NCBI GenBank assembly: GCA_030265395.1
Contig: JARFYF010000074.1
Coordinates: 45,440,956-45,504,955, forward strand
DNA length: 64,000 nt
Direction of reading: 5' to 3'
From: Rhina ancylostomus
Taxonomy: Eukaryota
The notes under the pieces were generated by a model. It saw only the letters and a list, made by a program, of their open reading frames with translations. It searched no databases and was not told the origin of the DNA. A program made the position numbers and the translations under genes. Of the stretch, positions 1-13,339 are shown piece after piece. Position 1 is the stretch's first letter, and the number at the start of each line of letters is the position of its first letter.

Positions 1-890
1 AGTGCCCTTACACTCATTGTCCTTTTAGAATATAGTAACCTTTGTGTTTGACTTTTCTATACTCTTACTTTTCCTTTTCTAACTTTTGCTCTGATCTCTG
101 CTTTGCTCTCCTCTGTCTTTCTGCATGGATTCCCATCCCCCTGCCATTTAGTTTAAACCTTCCCCAACAGCACTAGCAAACAATCCCCCCAGGACATTGA
201 TCCCAGTATTGCCCAGATGTAGACTGTACAGTTTGTACTGGTCCCACCTCCACAAAACTGGTTCCAATGCCCCAGAAATCTGAAACCCTCCCTCATGCAC
301 CACTGCTCAAGCCATATATCCATCCTAACCATGCTGCTATTCCTACTCTGACTAGCATACGGCACAGGTAGTAATCCTGAGATTATTACCTTTGAGGTCC
401 TACTTGTTAATCTATCTCCTAGCTCCCTAAATTTAACTTGCAAGTCCTCATCCTGCTTTTTTCCTGTACCGCTGGTACCTACATGCACCACGACAACAGG
501 CTGTTCATCCTCCCCTTCCAGAATCCCACCACCACTCCAAGACAGCCCTGATCCTTGCACCTGATAGTCAACACACCAACCGGGAGTCCCGTTTGCTGCC
601 ACAGAAGCTCCTGTCTATTCCCCTTACCACGGAATCCCCTACCACTACAGCCCTGCCACTCTTTTCCTGCCCTCATTCATGGTGCCATGATTCTGGCTAC
701 TGCTGCCTTCCCCCGATGAGCCATCTCTCCCAACAATATTCAAAGTGAATCCATGCACAGCTCGAGTGCCGTCATGTGGTCTGTCAGGAGCTGCAGCTGA
801 ACACACTTCCTGCACACGTAGTCATCAGGGACACTGGCAGCCTCCAAGTTCCCACTTTGCAGAGGAGAAGCATGATACGGGTCTGACTTT
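1..890 (-). mobile_element. CR1-type LINE 5' part, ORF1 (zinc finger plus SGNH esterase-like), decayed
   Basis: ORF 153-602: EQPVVVVHVGT…FRELGDRLTSRTSKVIISGLLPVP…WLEQWC..EGFRFLGHW; CRKCVQLQLL near 790-815. Confidence 0.85.
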
Positions 891-2488
891 GGCCCTCACT
901 TTTATCCTTATTTGACTTGAAGGATTTCTATTGATGCAGAGGCCCTGACATATCACAATATTACACAATGAAATAATGGGGAAACATCTGTTGCAGCTTG
1001 GTTACATAATAGCTAGAAGTATGGGAGTTACATTCTGTTCAATTTTGAATTATGAAATCTGTAAATTACTGACTTGGGGAATTACTATCAGAGATCCCTT
1101 TTACTGCAGTAGCCCACATATTCAAAATGAACACTGTATGTGCCAATAGCTTTTGTAGGAGATTCAAGTTTAAATGATCAGTGCAGACTCAGGGACAACT
1201 CAAGAGCTCAGACCATCAGTCCTGACCCCATGTATGGGGCCAGGACTGGAGGGGACATGTAAGGGGTGAGAAATGTTAAATCCTATATATACCAATGGGG
1301 AAGCAGCTACTGGGTTGTTCAAACCACTGTGCTCAGGAGGACAGTGGCGCTAAAGAGATTTAAACCCTGGAGACTGGCAAGTAAGGAAATTCAAATCCTG
1401 GGAACCAACAGCAACAAGTGTTGGTGATTCAAATGCAGCTATGGGTAGGGACATGTATAGCAGGGCTGATTCCACTTGCTGTGGGCAAATTCAGATCCTC
1501 TAGGCCATTCATCACAATTTGTATATTCAGATATAGAATATGTTTTGAACATATAAGACTGAAGTCACATTCTTTCCCATGTTTAATGATACAAGAAAAG
1601 AGGATTTGACACATTGAAGGCTAGTACTATTTGTAATTTGGCAATATCTCAGATCTTTTACAATGTAAGTGACTTGGATCTGTCAATAAATGCTAGTTTA
1701 TATATGTTTTACCATAACTAAACAGCTATTAATAAATTATTAAACATATCAGTGACTCAGTGCTCAGAACCAATTTCACGGTATACATTTCTGTCAAATA
1801 ACTGAATTAAGTGCAATGGTTGTAAGATTTCAAAGTCAACTATTAAAATGTAAGAACATCGTAGTTTACAAAATTGACAGGTAACATACACTTGTCAAAC
1901 AAGCCCCCCAAAATAGAACAAAGCTAAATAATCTTTGAAGCTTTTCAATTTTTATTTGAAATGGTTTGCATAAAGACCATAAAACAAACAGGGACACAAG
2001 GAATAGGAGGAGTGAGACAACCCATCACCCCTCATGCCTGCTTCGCCAGTCAATGAAATAGCAGCTTGTTCTCAATGTCACTTTCCTGCACTAACCCCAT
2101 ATCTTCTGGTGTTACTTAATTTATGCAAGTGTTAATTTTCCATGCATTACAGATATTTTAAAAGGTAAAATTATTTGTTTTAAAATCTAATTTGTTTTAA
2201 CAGATTTTATAAACAAAGGGCTGACAGATCCAAAATGCTCACAACTTAGTCACAAGAGGCCAATTGGTACAAGTCTAGTGTATAAGAAATTAATTNNNNN
2301 TGAATCAGCCCAGTTGTCTCTACAGTAAATGTAGAACTGGTTCAGTGAGCAGCTAGGGCACTGAAGAACTTTACATTATTTTAGTAATATATATAGTTTT
2401 TTTTAAATAAAAGAAAATACACTATTAAGAAATAAATAATAAAAACTCAATTTCTCCTATTCAACATAATACCCTTATCTCAAATTAC

Positions 2489-2544
2489 CTGCTATCTTCC
2501 TTGGTGAAGTAGAGAACGGGTTTTCGTCTGGACGAGTACATCAT
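2489..2544 (-). CDS. Putative first coding exon of an unidentified gene (MMYSSRRKPVLYFTKEDS…)
   Basis: gaaaATGATG with A at -3; 18 codons then AG|gtaatt donor; lies just downstream of the CpG-rich region. Peptide not recognised. Confidence 0.4.
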
Positions 2545-2849
2545 TTTCTTTCACTCCTTAGCTCTCAAGTAATCTCTCTCCGGCTGTGTCACATAGTCCA
2601 TTGACAAAAGATGTGGAGGATATGTAGACAAACGTTGTGTTCTCAACAGTCTTACCAAAGATAACATACATTCGGAAACCACAGCGGCCTTGTCTAAGGT
2701 AGGACGTCGGCTTCAAACTTCTGGTACTGCCCCAACGGATTAGTGCATTCAATGGCCCGCAAAGCACTGGAGATACATCACTGGAAGTCTTCAGAGCATT
2801 GTCATTTGGAAGATGCAGCCACAAAGCCTTACAGCGACCAGTGAGAACA

Positions 2850-3560
2850 AATAGCCCCGCAGATCCTCAGCTCCGAGACCCTCAGCCCTGTGGAGCCTCT
2901 CCCAGTGCGACTGGGTGTCTGCAGACCAGGAGGAAGTCGCCGCCTCTCCTCCCCACAGTNNNNNNNNNNNNNNNNNNNNNNNNNNNNNNNNNNNNNNNNN
3001 NNNNNNNNNNNNNNNNNNNNNNNNNNNNNNNNNNNNNNNNNNNNNNNNNNNNNNNNNNNNNNNNNNNNNNNNNNNNNNNNNNNNNNNNNNNNNNNNNNNN
3101 NNNNNNNNNNNNNNNNNNNNNNNNNNNNNNNNNNNNNNNNNNNNNNNNNNNNNNNNNNNNNNNNNNNNNNNNNNNNNNNNNNNNNNNNNNCCGAGGTCCA
3201 AGACCTGATGCGGGAGGACGGACGGGTGGGGGTCCGATGCCCGAGGCCTGGAGTGAACGAGGGAGGGGGGAGCGAAAATCCGGACCCCGGGACCGCGATG
3301 GGAAAGTTCCTACACGCTGGCCATTGGTGCCACCTCATTCACCATCCGGTGGTTAAACGTTCCGCCAGCGGCACAAACGTTCCGCAAAGGCACTCTGCAG
3401 GCATCGTACGCATTTCCATTACCTACATTTCTTTACGTACAGAGATACAAACATGTATTTATTTTATGGTGTATTCTTCAGCACATAATCTTAAATTTAC
3501 GTAAACAGATACGAATTCTGTAGAACTCCGTAAAAGATTGATGAAACGGCGCCTTATATG
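2850..3560. promoter_or_regulatory. CpG-rich promoter-like region, partly in an N gap
   Basis: High GC and CpG density against a CpG-poor background; CCAAT on the minus strand (ATTGG near 3323); GGGAAAGTTCC NF-kB-like site at about 3300-3310. Confidence 0.6.
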
Positions 3561-4049
3561 CGAAGGGTGAGTTACACCAACTGTGTTTAAAGTCTTTAGA
3601 AAGCTCAAGATATCTAATGCAGATTATACATCTACTACCTAATGCAGATTATACATCTACTACAATAACTTATATAGTGAACGTTTACATGGAACCATGG
3701 CGTTGGAGCAAGTGTGACAGACACTTCAAGTGAGTGACATTTGTTCCCCCACTGTATGGTATGATTTATGTGTAATTTATATTGTGTGTTCTCTGTACCT
3801 ACATGGCTGTGATGCTGCTGCAAGCAAGTTTAACATTGTGCTGTACCTCACCGTACTTTGTGCACATGACAATAAACTCGGATGTAATGTTCATGTATCA
3901 CTAATGTCCTATGCTATTGTTTTGCCACACTTCTGTGTGTATATGTGGTGAGAGGGTTGGCAGGATTTTGAGAACATGAATGTGATTTGCAATGGCTAAG
4001 ACACAAATTTGTTTAACGTGGACAGTCGCTTTGTTTCGAAGCAAAAGTA

Positions 4050-4215
4050 AAATAAAACAATCTACTGGAGGAACTCGGCGGGTCAAACAGCATCTGTAGA
4101 GGCAAAGGGGTCGTCGACGTTAAGTCGATGTACGTGCCTCCTCAGCTGCTGCTCAACCTGCTAAATTCCTCCAGCAGTTGGTTTTCTGCTCCAGATTACG
4201 ACATCTGCAATCTTT
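4050..4215. mobile_element. Short Penelope-derived palindromic element; related copies at about 11015-11290, 26520-26640, 27495-27640, 37965-38165, 40275-40390, 53565-53645, 55870-55985, 57545-57710, 60380-60497 and 62030-62160
   Basis: Inverted arms CTGGAGGAACTC.GC.GGTC.A.CAGCATCTG … CAG.TGCTGC...ACCTGCT.A.TTCCTCCAG; the same sequence forms the 3' end of the Penelope element at 37140-37270. Confidence 0.75.
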
Positions 4216-5692
4216 CGTACCTCTGCTTTATTCCTAATGTTCACGAAAAAAAACACAGAAAGACCGTGCATTTCTCGCAACATCCAATATTTTCCCTTCC
4301 TTCATTCGTTCAGTGTTTTCACCTTCATATCTGTTCCACGTGATGATCACTGGATGAAGCTATCTGAATAGCAACACCGAATTGGTCCTGCACTCATGTG
4401 AACCTGTGTCTATGTTCTACAGTCAAAAGTCAAGACTGAAGTAGGTATCTACATTTATTTACTTGGTTTATGCAATTTATATTAAATATCTACATCAGGT
4501 CATAAATTCTCATCTCAGTCTGCATCTTTCAGTAACAACTAGCACATAAATCACAGAACAACATCCACAGTGGGGGAAATGGAGACCACGCTGAGGAAGA
4601 CAATCCTAGGATGGATAGGATTGTCCATACCTACAATTGTCCATGTGACTCCTAGCAGGGACACGAATCTCCTGGGTACTGTTGCTGGAAACCCAAGCAA
4701 ACTTCGTACGTCTGTTTACAGTAGCGGCTCCTCTGCTCCCTAAATCAACCATGTCTCCAACTAAGCTCAAATAAATTATCAAAATAGAAAGATCCTATAT
4801 TCCACAATGACATTTGGTAAGGATCTTCAATTTAGATATTGGTTTGTAGAGCAGAAAGCACAATCAAAATATTGGAATATTTTAATTGAAATTGACAATA
4901 ATACTAATGCAGATCGCATTTGTTACATCATAGTATAAAATGGCTTTCTAGTTGATCTGGTCATGGAAAACTTTGGCACATTAATACGTGCCTGTATTCA
5001 ACTAGATCCAGAGCTTGGAAATGTTTAACACCTTACATTCCTTTACATTCAGAAATATACTGAATAAGTTTCATTTTTGGTGAATGGCAGAGACTGATGG
5101 GCGATCCAAAACATCAACTCATATTAAAGCCTCATGACAGATGCATTTATCTAGTTTAAAATAAATAAGACAAAGGTGGATGGAGACATTCGTCATTGTT
5201 GGCAAATGACACGTGCTTGCACTTCTTGTGAAGAAGCCCATAGGTACAGTAATAGGAAGTATTTAATATTTCTTTTGTGATGTCCATTTTAGTAGATCAA
5301 GGGTTGAGGATATCCATACAATTATAAGATGGACCACCTAATAGGTGTAGCATGTCGATTATGGAGAAATTTGTGTTCAATACAATGGCTAACGAAGATT
5401 TTTCTGGCAGTTCTAGTTGAGCAAATTAAGATCACTACAGCAAAAGTAACTTTAAGTGTGGTTACATCTGGAATAAGATCAATCCAGCAAAGGGCTGTCT
5501 GTGCAAGTGCAGATGCAAATACCATTATATGGAACAAAACTCCAATCATTGTGACAGATAATCTCAAGGAGCTCAGAAGTGAATTTCAGTTCATTCGATA
5601 GCTTGAGGAGTAATCTTGAGTATGGGGATAGGAGACGGGTAGTCATTGATCCACCTATTATGATTTACAGTCCAAGACACAGATTATTCCAC

Positions 5693-5932
5693 TTCTTTCA
5701 ATATTTTTATTAATTTCAAATAAGAAATACAAAATGCATGAGAGGGAAAAAAATTACAAAATAGAATATGTTGAATCACACTAGAAATCACAATGCTTCA
5801 CATTGATAAACACAAAAAAAAATCAATTGATATTGATAAAGGGGAATGATTTTATTTAAAAAAATCTAACCCCACTACCAAAACCAAAGCTGTTTAATAA
5901 CATCATAAAGACATAGTAGTATTGGCCAATAT
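5693..5932 (-). mobile_element. Probable L1/Tx1 LINE 3' tail next to a gap
   Basis: T-rich end (tttttattaatttcaa) and A-rich composition typical of L1 3' UTRs; no diagnostic protein motif visible. Confidence 0.4.
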
Positions 5933-6032
5933 NNNNNNNNNNNNNNNNNNNNNNNNNNNNNNNNNNNNNNNNNNNNNNNNNNNNNNNNNNNNNNNNNNNN
6001 NNNNNNNNNNNNNNNNNNNNNNNNNNNNNNNN

Positions 6033-6805
6033 CTTTGCACCTCCAATTTCTGAATTTGCTCCCTGTTTAGAAAATAGTCTGCGCCTTTATTCCTTCTACT
6101 GAAGTGCATGACTGTACACCTCCCTATGCTGTGTTCCATCTGCCACTTCTTTGCCCACTGTCCCAACCTATCCAAGTCCTTCTGCAGACTCCCTGCTTCA
6201 TCAACACTACCTGCCCTTCCACTTATCTTTGTATCATCTGTGAAATTGGCCACAAAGCTATCAATTCTGTCATCCAGATCATTAACGTATAACGTGAAAA
6301 GTAGCAGACCCAACACTGACCCCTGTGAAACACCACTAGTCACCAGCAGCCAACCAGAAATGGCCCCTTTATTCCCACTCTTTGCCTTCTGCCAGTCAGC
6401 CAGTCTTCTGTCCATGCTAATACCAGGGGCTCCTATCTTGTTTCTCAGCCTCATGTGCTGCACCTTGTCAAAGGCCTTCTGAAAATCCAAGTAAACAACA
6501 TCCACTGACTGTCTTTCTTGCCTGTTACTTCCTCAAAGAATTCCAACAGATTTGTCAGGGAAAATCTCCCCTTGAGGAAACCATGCTGACTTCGGCCAGT
6601 TTTATCATGTGCTTCCAAGTACCCTGAAACCTCATCCTTAATGATGGACTCTAAAATCTTACTAACCACTGAAATCAGGCTAACCGGCCTATAATTTCCT
6701 GTCTTTTTCCTCCCTCCTTTCTTAAAGATTGGAGTGACGTTAGCAATTTTGCAGTCCTTTGGAACCATTCCTGACTCTAGTGATTCTTGAAAGATTACTA
6801 CTAAT
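6033..6805 (-). mobile_element. CR1 LINE ORF2 reverse transcriptase fragment
   Basis: ORFs 6451-6768 and 5903-6505: ANVTPIFKKG…NYRPVSL, DVVYLDFQKAFDKV, SGVSQGSVLG, FTDDTKI. Confidence 0.92.
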
Positions 6806-7668
6806 GAGTCAGAGTACAGGAAGGAGATAGAGAGCTTAGCGACATGGTGTCATGACAACAACCTTTCCCTCAATGTCGGCAAATCAAAAAGAGCTAGACA
6901 TTGACTTCAGAAAGGGGGTGGTGTACATGCACCTGTCTACATCAATGATGCTGAGGTCGAGAGGGTTGAGAGCTTCAAGTTCCTGGGAGTGAACATCACC
7001 AATAGCCCGTCCTGGTCCAACAACATTGATGCCATGGCCAAGAAAGCTCACCAGTGCCTCTACTTCCTCAGGAGACTACAGAAATTTGCGTGTACCCTTT
7101 GACACTCACCAATTTTATCAATGCACCATAGAAAGCATCCTACTTGGATGCATGACGGCTTGGTATGGCAACTGCTCTGCCCAGGACCGCAAGAAACTGC
7201 AGAGAATTCTGGACACAGCTCAGTGCATCACGGAAACCAGCCTCCCCTCCATGGACTCTGTCTATACTTCTTGTTGCCTCAGTAAAGCAGCCAACATAAT
7301 CAAAGACCCCACCCACCCCAGATATTCTTTCTTCTCCTCTCTCCCATCGAACAGAAGATACAAAAGCCTGAAAGCACAAACCACCAGGCTCAAGGACAGC
7401 TTCTATCTCATTGTTATAAGACTATTGAACAGTTCCCTAGTACAATAAGATGGGCTCTTGACCTCACCATCTACCTCATTGTGACCTTGCACCTTATTGT
7501 CTACCTGAACTGCACTTTCTCTGTAGCTATTCACTTTATTCTGCATTCAGTAATTGTTTTACCTTGTACTACCCCAATACACTGTGTAATGAATTGATCC
7601 ATATGAATGGTATGCAAGACAAGTTTTTCAATAGTACAGGTGACAATAATAAACCAATTCCAATTCCA
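6806..7668 (+). mobile_element. Rex1/Babar-like LINE 3' part, 5'-truncated
   Basis: ESEYRKEIESLATWCHDNNLSLNV…ERVESFKFLGV…FYQCTIESIL.GCMTAWYGNC…DPTHP…TTRLKDSF; 3' tail with aataaa and (ccaatt)n. Confidence 0.85.
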
Positions 7669-9590
7669 GTGATGCCCACAACCCCCAAGAAATAAATTTT
7701 AAAAATGAACAGTGAATTTGTACTGTTTAAGCATCCTCAGGCATTTCGCAGGTACTTGCCCTACCATCTACCAGGCCGTCCTTCAAGTAATCTTCCTGTT
7801 GCTGTGATGTAGATGGTCAAGACATTTCCCGCAGCGACAGCTAATTGCCAAAGGTTTCTTCTTCCTGAAAACTCCAGTAATGGAGTGCAATCTCGTCACT
7901 CACCAGCAGAGGACAGTCACACTGAAGCTAAGGAGTCACAAAGAGACATCAAGCTTGCAGACTTCGCGAATAGTCACAGAAAGACACAGCACAGAAACAG
8001 GCCTTTCAGCCCACTGAGTCAGCACTCACCACCCATTTGCACTAATTCTACATTAATTCCACTTTTTATTCCCCTCACATTTTCTTCAACTCCCCCAGTT
8101 CCTGCACGCTAGGGGCAATTTACAGTGGCCCATTAGCCTACCAACTCTGAAATTTTAAAAAATCAACTCTCCTGATATTTTCATCAATCACAATAAGATC
8201 TTCCACAATTTAATGAATAAGCCCTTAATCAATCTTTTACACAGGTTCTTTAAAAGGGGAGTTGATGCATGCTGCAATAACATCATAAACTTGATTTTAT
8301 TCCAAGTTTTTCTTCATAAGGAGCAAAGTTGTTTCAGCAAAAAGTAGGAGAGATCCCTTGCAAGCAAGAAAATATCCATAAAATTGTGAAGTAGTTGTCA
8401 ATGTCATGGTTATGAGAGTCGCGTCTCAGTTAATCATTCAGGCTACAGAACACCTTGTTTTCATCTTTTGCTTGGTGCAATAAACTGGTCAAATTTTTGT
8501 ACTTTTTTCTACATCTCTCATAACATGGTTTTGTGTTAAAATTCAAATTCGAAGTAGTCAAATTTCTTAAGAGTTGTAGTTCAAGCAAATGGAGTTTTAA
8601 AACTCAGTACCCACATGTAAATAATCCAAGTTAACCAGTAGGCCTTGCCATCCACCTTGCCCAAGGTGCCACAGCAGCAACTCCATGGCAAGGTGAATAG
8701 AAGGATCTCTTAAGCCATACGTTATGTACCAATAGTTTAAGGTGCCACATAGCAAATTAACACCATTCAAAGTATGTGAAGTAGCCTCCTGATTAGTAGA
8801 TCAAGCAGTGTTGAGTTAAAATAGGAAAGACGTCTTCAATCTGATGCTCTAGGTAACATAAGATTAAAAAAGTAGAAAGTATTATTCTTCAAGATTGATA
8901 TCCTGCTCTTTAAAGAGATCCAGAGAACAAAGATCTCCAGGGATTTGTGTGTAACAGAAATAGTTAGAACTTTCACGACCTCTGTGTCATAAAAATGCAC
9001 AAAATCTCAATGTTAGTAGACATTTTCCTCTAATGATGAAATTACCTTAGATTTGTACATGAGTACAAATATTATAAGCTAAATATGAGCTAAATATACA
9101 AGAATGGAATATTAATTTAATGCAATGCAGTTGCTTCTTCCTAACCTGCAGGCTTAGTACATTGTTTTTTTATATTTAGTTGTCTATTTTCTTGTTGAAG
9201 ACAGGAACTAGTTACAAAGCTAATTTTCCAAACTGGAGGGCAGCACCCAATAGTCAGGAAGATGCTCTGGCAAGTTGATCTGCTTCATGAAGGTAGTTGT
9301 TTCCTTCTTAAATCCAACTTCAAAGTTCCTGCTGGAACAAACTTCACTTTAATTGGGGATTCCTTCTGGCAATCTGAGAACAGATCTTCATTCACGAAGC
9401 CAACGGCATAGCAAGTCAACCAACCATCTAACGGTTAAATCTCCCTTAGCTGTACTTCATTAAACTGAGGTAAAATATAAATGCCTTCTTGAAATCCACT
9501 TTCATTAATATAGAACTTTGACAAATCAGGAACACATGACAGTATTGCTGCTTGTTGTGATATAGATGACAAAAGAATGTTTGCATATTA

Positions 9591-9848
9591 GGGGCAGCAC
9601 GGTAGCGTAGTGGTTAGCACTACACTACTACAGCACCAGCGACCCGAGTTCAATTCCCGCCGCTGCCTGTAAGGAGTTTGTACGTACTCCCAGGTCTGCA
9701 TGGGTTTCCTCTGGGTGCTCCGATTTCCTCCCACATTCCAAAGACCTACAGGTAGGTTAATTTGGGGTTTAAAATGGGCGGCGTGGAATCGTTGGGCCGG
9801 AAGGGTCTGTTACCATGCTGTAAATAAAAATAAAAAATAAATTAAAAT
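9591..9848 (+). mobile_element. tRNA-derived V-SINE (HE1-like), full length
   Basis: A box TAGCGTAGTGG, B box GTTCAATTCC, V-domain GGGTTTCCTCTGGGTGCTCCGATTTCCTCCCACA, CR1-like 3' end and (taaaa)n tail. Confidence 0.88.
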
Positions 9849-12629
9849 ATTGTGCTACCATCATGAACAAAAATCAGAACAAACTGGAAGAGTTGGATGG
9901 GATGATCGTTTGAAGTTCTTTTCTTCTGGCATCAGACTGTTGATAGTGGTGCCATTGCACCAATTCCATGTATTGCAGTACATTACGATCAGTGGTCATG
10001 TGCAATATCTGGTAATTACCAAAGCCTGCCGGTCTGTATACAATTATTTACAGCTGTGATGAATTACTGCCCAATGACTAATGACCTAATTAATTAGTTT
10101 CTAGGAGGTGCATGTGATTATTTTCCAAATGTGAAACCTTAAACCTTGGCTGCACGATGTATTTGAATTAAAGTGGTTTTAAACACAACCAACACACACT
10201 CAGGACTACTTCAACATTTGCACAGAGCATGTGATTTGCATGATAAAGAAGAACATTCGAAAGGTTTAGTGAATGTGTGGTAGAGGATATTTTGCATAGC
10301 TTTTCAGAGGAGCAACAGGCCACCTGATCATTTGGTCTTTGTCAGTGTTTATTTATTATAAAAACGTTTCTTTGTGTTCCTCCTTCCATTTTGCACTGAA
10401 CTAGCTTTCTGTTAAATGCATCTATGCTACGTACTTCAACCGCTCCATATGATAAAAATGTCTATTTTGTGAGGGGAGATGTTTCTTCTAAATTCCCCCT
10501 TTGGTGTTTTAGTGGTTGTAAGAAGCTTTCTTTAAACTTATTTAAATGATTCCTTGTTGTTCAGGCTCCTGCGTTTTGTCCAATTGCAAGTTTATTAATT
10601 CAACAAAAATAATACAGAAACTTACGGTTATAAAATAATCCTACAGAATCTGCTCTCCTGTGGTCCCAAGGTTACCAAACTTGGCTCCTTGTGCTTTGAA
10701 CTTCCTGTTTTCCTGTGAGCTCTTCCCAATAGTATCCCTGTTTATCCCTCTCATTAGAGTCTAAAAGCATCATCTCCAATGTTGTCTTGCTGCATTTCCC
10801 TAAATATAAGATCTATTAGCCAAAAGCATGAAAATGAGTCCAAAAATGGAACAGTGGGGAAATTTGATTGCTTTATTATGTGATATTATTTTTATATCAA
10901 ACTCAAAGGAAGATGTTAACACTAGGAGTTATTAAGTAATATAATCCATATTGATATTCGAACAGCTCCAGCTAAAATAAGAGCTACCATTCAACATCAC
11001 AAATGATAGAGACACAAGAGACTGCAACAAACAATCTGCTGGAAGTACTTAATGGGTCAAGCAGCATCTGTAGGAGGAAAGGAACTGTCGACGTTTCTGG
11101 TCGAGATGCTGCAGCAGGACTGAAAGTGGAGAGGTAATACAAAGAGGAGAAGTGGAGTGGTGAGAAAGGATTCCGAGGTGATTGGTGGACTGAGGAGGGG
11201 TGTAAGATGGCAGGCAGGTTGTGCCAGGTAGGGAAGGTGAGTGGGTGTGGAGTTGGAGGACAGTGGCAGGTAATGATGGAGGCAGACAAAGAGAGGTCTT
11301 TGTCTGAGACAAAGTTAGGTCTTTGTCTGAGACAAAGTTATCACAAATGATAACTTGCCTCCTTGTCAGTACAGTGGCTCCAATGTAAAAATCAGCATGA
11401 GCAGCCAAATGTCTCTCTGGTGTGGTAAATTAAATTCTAGCTTTTTTATGAACCCCTGCTGAAAATATATTGGAGATCGTGGACTGGACCATATGGTAGT
11501 TAGAGAGAGTTACTGATAATGAGGTAGAAGCTGTGAATTCCATCAATTTTGAGTTTGTAATCTGACCAACTTCCCACACGGGGAAGTCCAGTCTGATTAA
11601 ACAATAGGGTACTGAGGCCCTGTGAGTGATCACATGCTGAATGGGAGAAAATAGTGCATTATTTTACTTAAACAGTTAAAGTCTTTATATAATCAGTTTT
11701 ATAAATGTTTTGGCTTATTCTTTTCGTTTTACAAGTGGAGGAGTCTTCAGAAGTAATATTGATAGAGATGTCCTCCAGTGGTCTTGGTCATCATCCAACA
11801 ATTTGTTCATAATAAAACAGACGGGAGATGTGCAGGAAGGACAGTTGTGAAACAACTTTTGTCATATATCAGCCACAGAAACTCAGTGGGGATGAAAGTG
11901 ATGGGGATATTGTTCTCAACCTATTAGAGTTCATGTATCATGGGACTCTGTGATTTAAGACTTACGAATTAGCCAAAAACACAGAAGTGGGCCCAAAAAG
12001 GGCACTATCCGTAGATTTGATAGTCTTAATTGGAAAAGATGACATGGGAGAAGTCTCACCACAGAGTGGGAAAGTACAGATTAGAAATTTGGGACTGGAG
12101 GACGGGCAAAGGTTGGTAATGTTATGAATGTGAAAGAAAATGCTTGGGATGACAGATCAGGGGAGAATTCTAAGCTTGGAATTAAGCAACGTGCTGAAGT
12201 TTGAACTGTACTGAGCCTTCAGTGATATTTGGAAGGGGAGATGGACGTGAGCACAGTAGTATGTGGATGTTTGTAGGAGCTGAGCAGTTTTGCTAACATC
12301 CAGGTATCCAGGCATAAGAAGATGAAGAAGGGGGAAGAATGGAACTCACAGTATCTACTAATATTGAGATGTTTCCATTTAAAATGCATTGAAGTTTATC
12401 AAACGTTTCTCAGAATTCTTCCACATGTTGATACGAATCCTGGATCATGTACACCCCCATCTTTTTTGTTTCATTTTCTTTTCTTGTCCTATCTCTGCAT
12501 TTCATCAAAGAAGTAAATCTTCTCCATCCTTTCGGTGGTACATTGCCTCTTTGTACTTCATATCAACGTAATACAGGGTCTTAATGACTGTTGACAGCTT
12601 CTTTAACATGTGCACCTACTGATGGAGTA

Positions 12630-12995
12630 AATTGCATTGGATATGTAAAATGGTTGCCTCCAAAATTATATCTTTTTTTCCAATGATCCCAAATAATGCA
12701 GTTAAAGGATTTGGCTTAAAATTTACTTTAAAAAGTATGGAAAAAGTTTCAAATACTTCTATCCAGAATTTTTCCAAACTCAGACATGAGCAAAACATAT
12801 GGATTAAAGAGGCCTCTCCATTATTGCATTTGTCACAATAAGGAGATATATCTGAATAGAAACGCGATAACTTGTCTTTGGAAAGGTGAACTCTGTGGAC
12901 CACTTTAAATTGAAGGAGGGAGTGACGCACACATAATGATGAAGTATTAACCAGTTAAAAAATTTGATTCCAGGTTTCCTCTGAAATTGAAATCT
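12630..12995 (-). mobile_element. L1/Tx1 LINE ORF2 C-terminal zinc-binding (zf-RVT) fragment
   Basis: ORF 12616-12930: HSLLQFKVVHRVHLSK…SPYCDKCNNGEASLIHMF.SC..LEKFW. Confidence 0.85.
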
Positions 12996-13339
12996 ACATT
13001 ATTCCACTTAAAAAGTTTCTTCCATCTGCAGAGAGATGGTTTAAAGTATACTTTATCTTGTTATCAACTGAGAATATAAGATTCATGTGCACATGCCTCT
13101 TTCTACATTGTGTTAGCATCAATGGAAGTGCAAGAAAATCATTCACCATGACATTTCCCCACTGAATATCAAACTTAAAGTATCCAAATCAAATATATGA
13201 TTTCAACAATTGTTGAGGAAATAAGACAAGATTGATAAGGTATCATCTGAGAGAGTAAAATATATAGGAATAAAGACTGCCTAATATTAAGAGATAGAAA
13301 ACTTTTAAGTTGATATTGACTTTTTAGGCAATCCCTCAG

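Noticed and set aside
3614-3663. Exact 25-bp tandem duplication (also a 19-bp repeat near 16237-16280 and a 10-bp hairpin at 4599-4625)
   Set aside because: Ordinary slippage-scale features with no sign of function.
9591-9670. tRNA gene
   Set aside because: The A and B boxes continue into a V domain and LINE-like tail and recur in several copies, so this is a SINE head.
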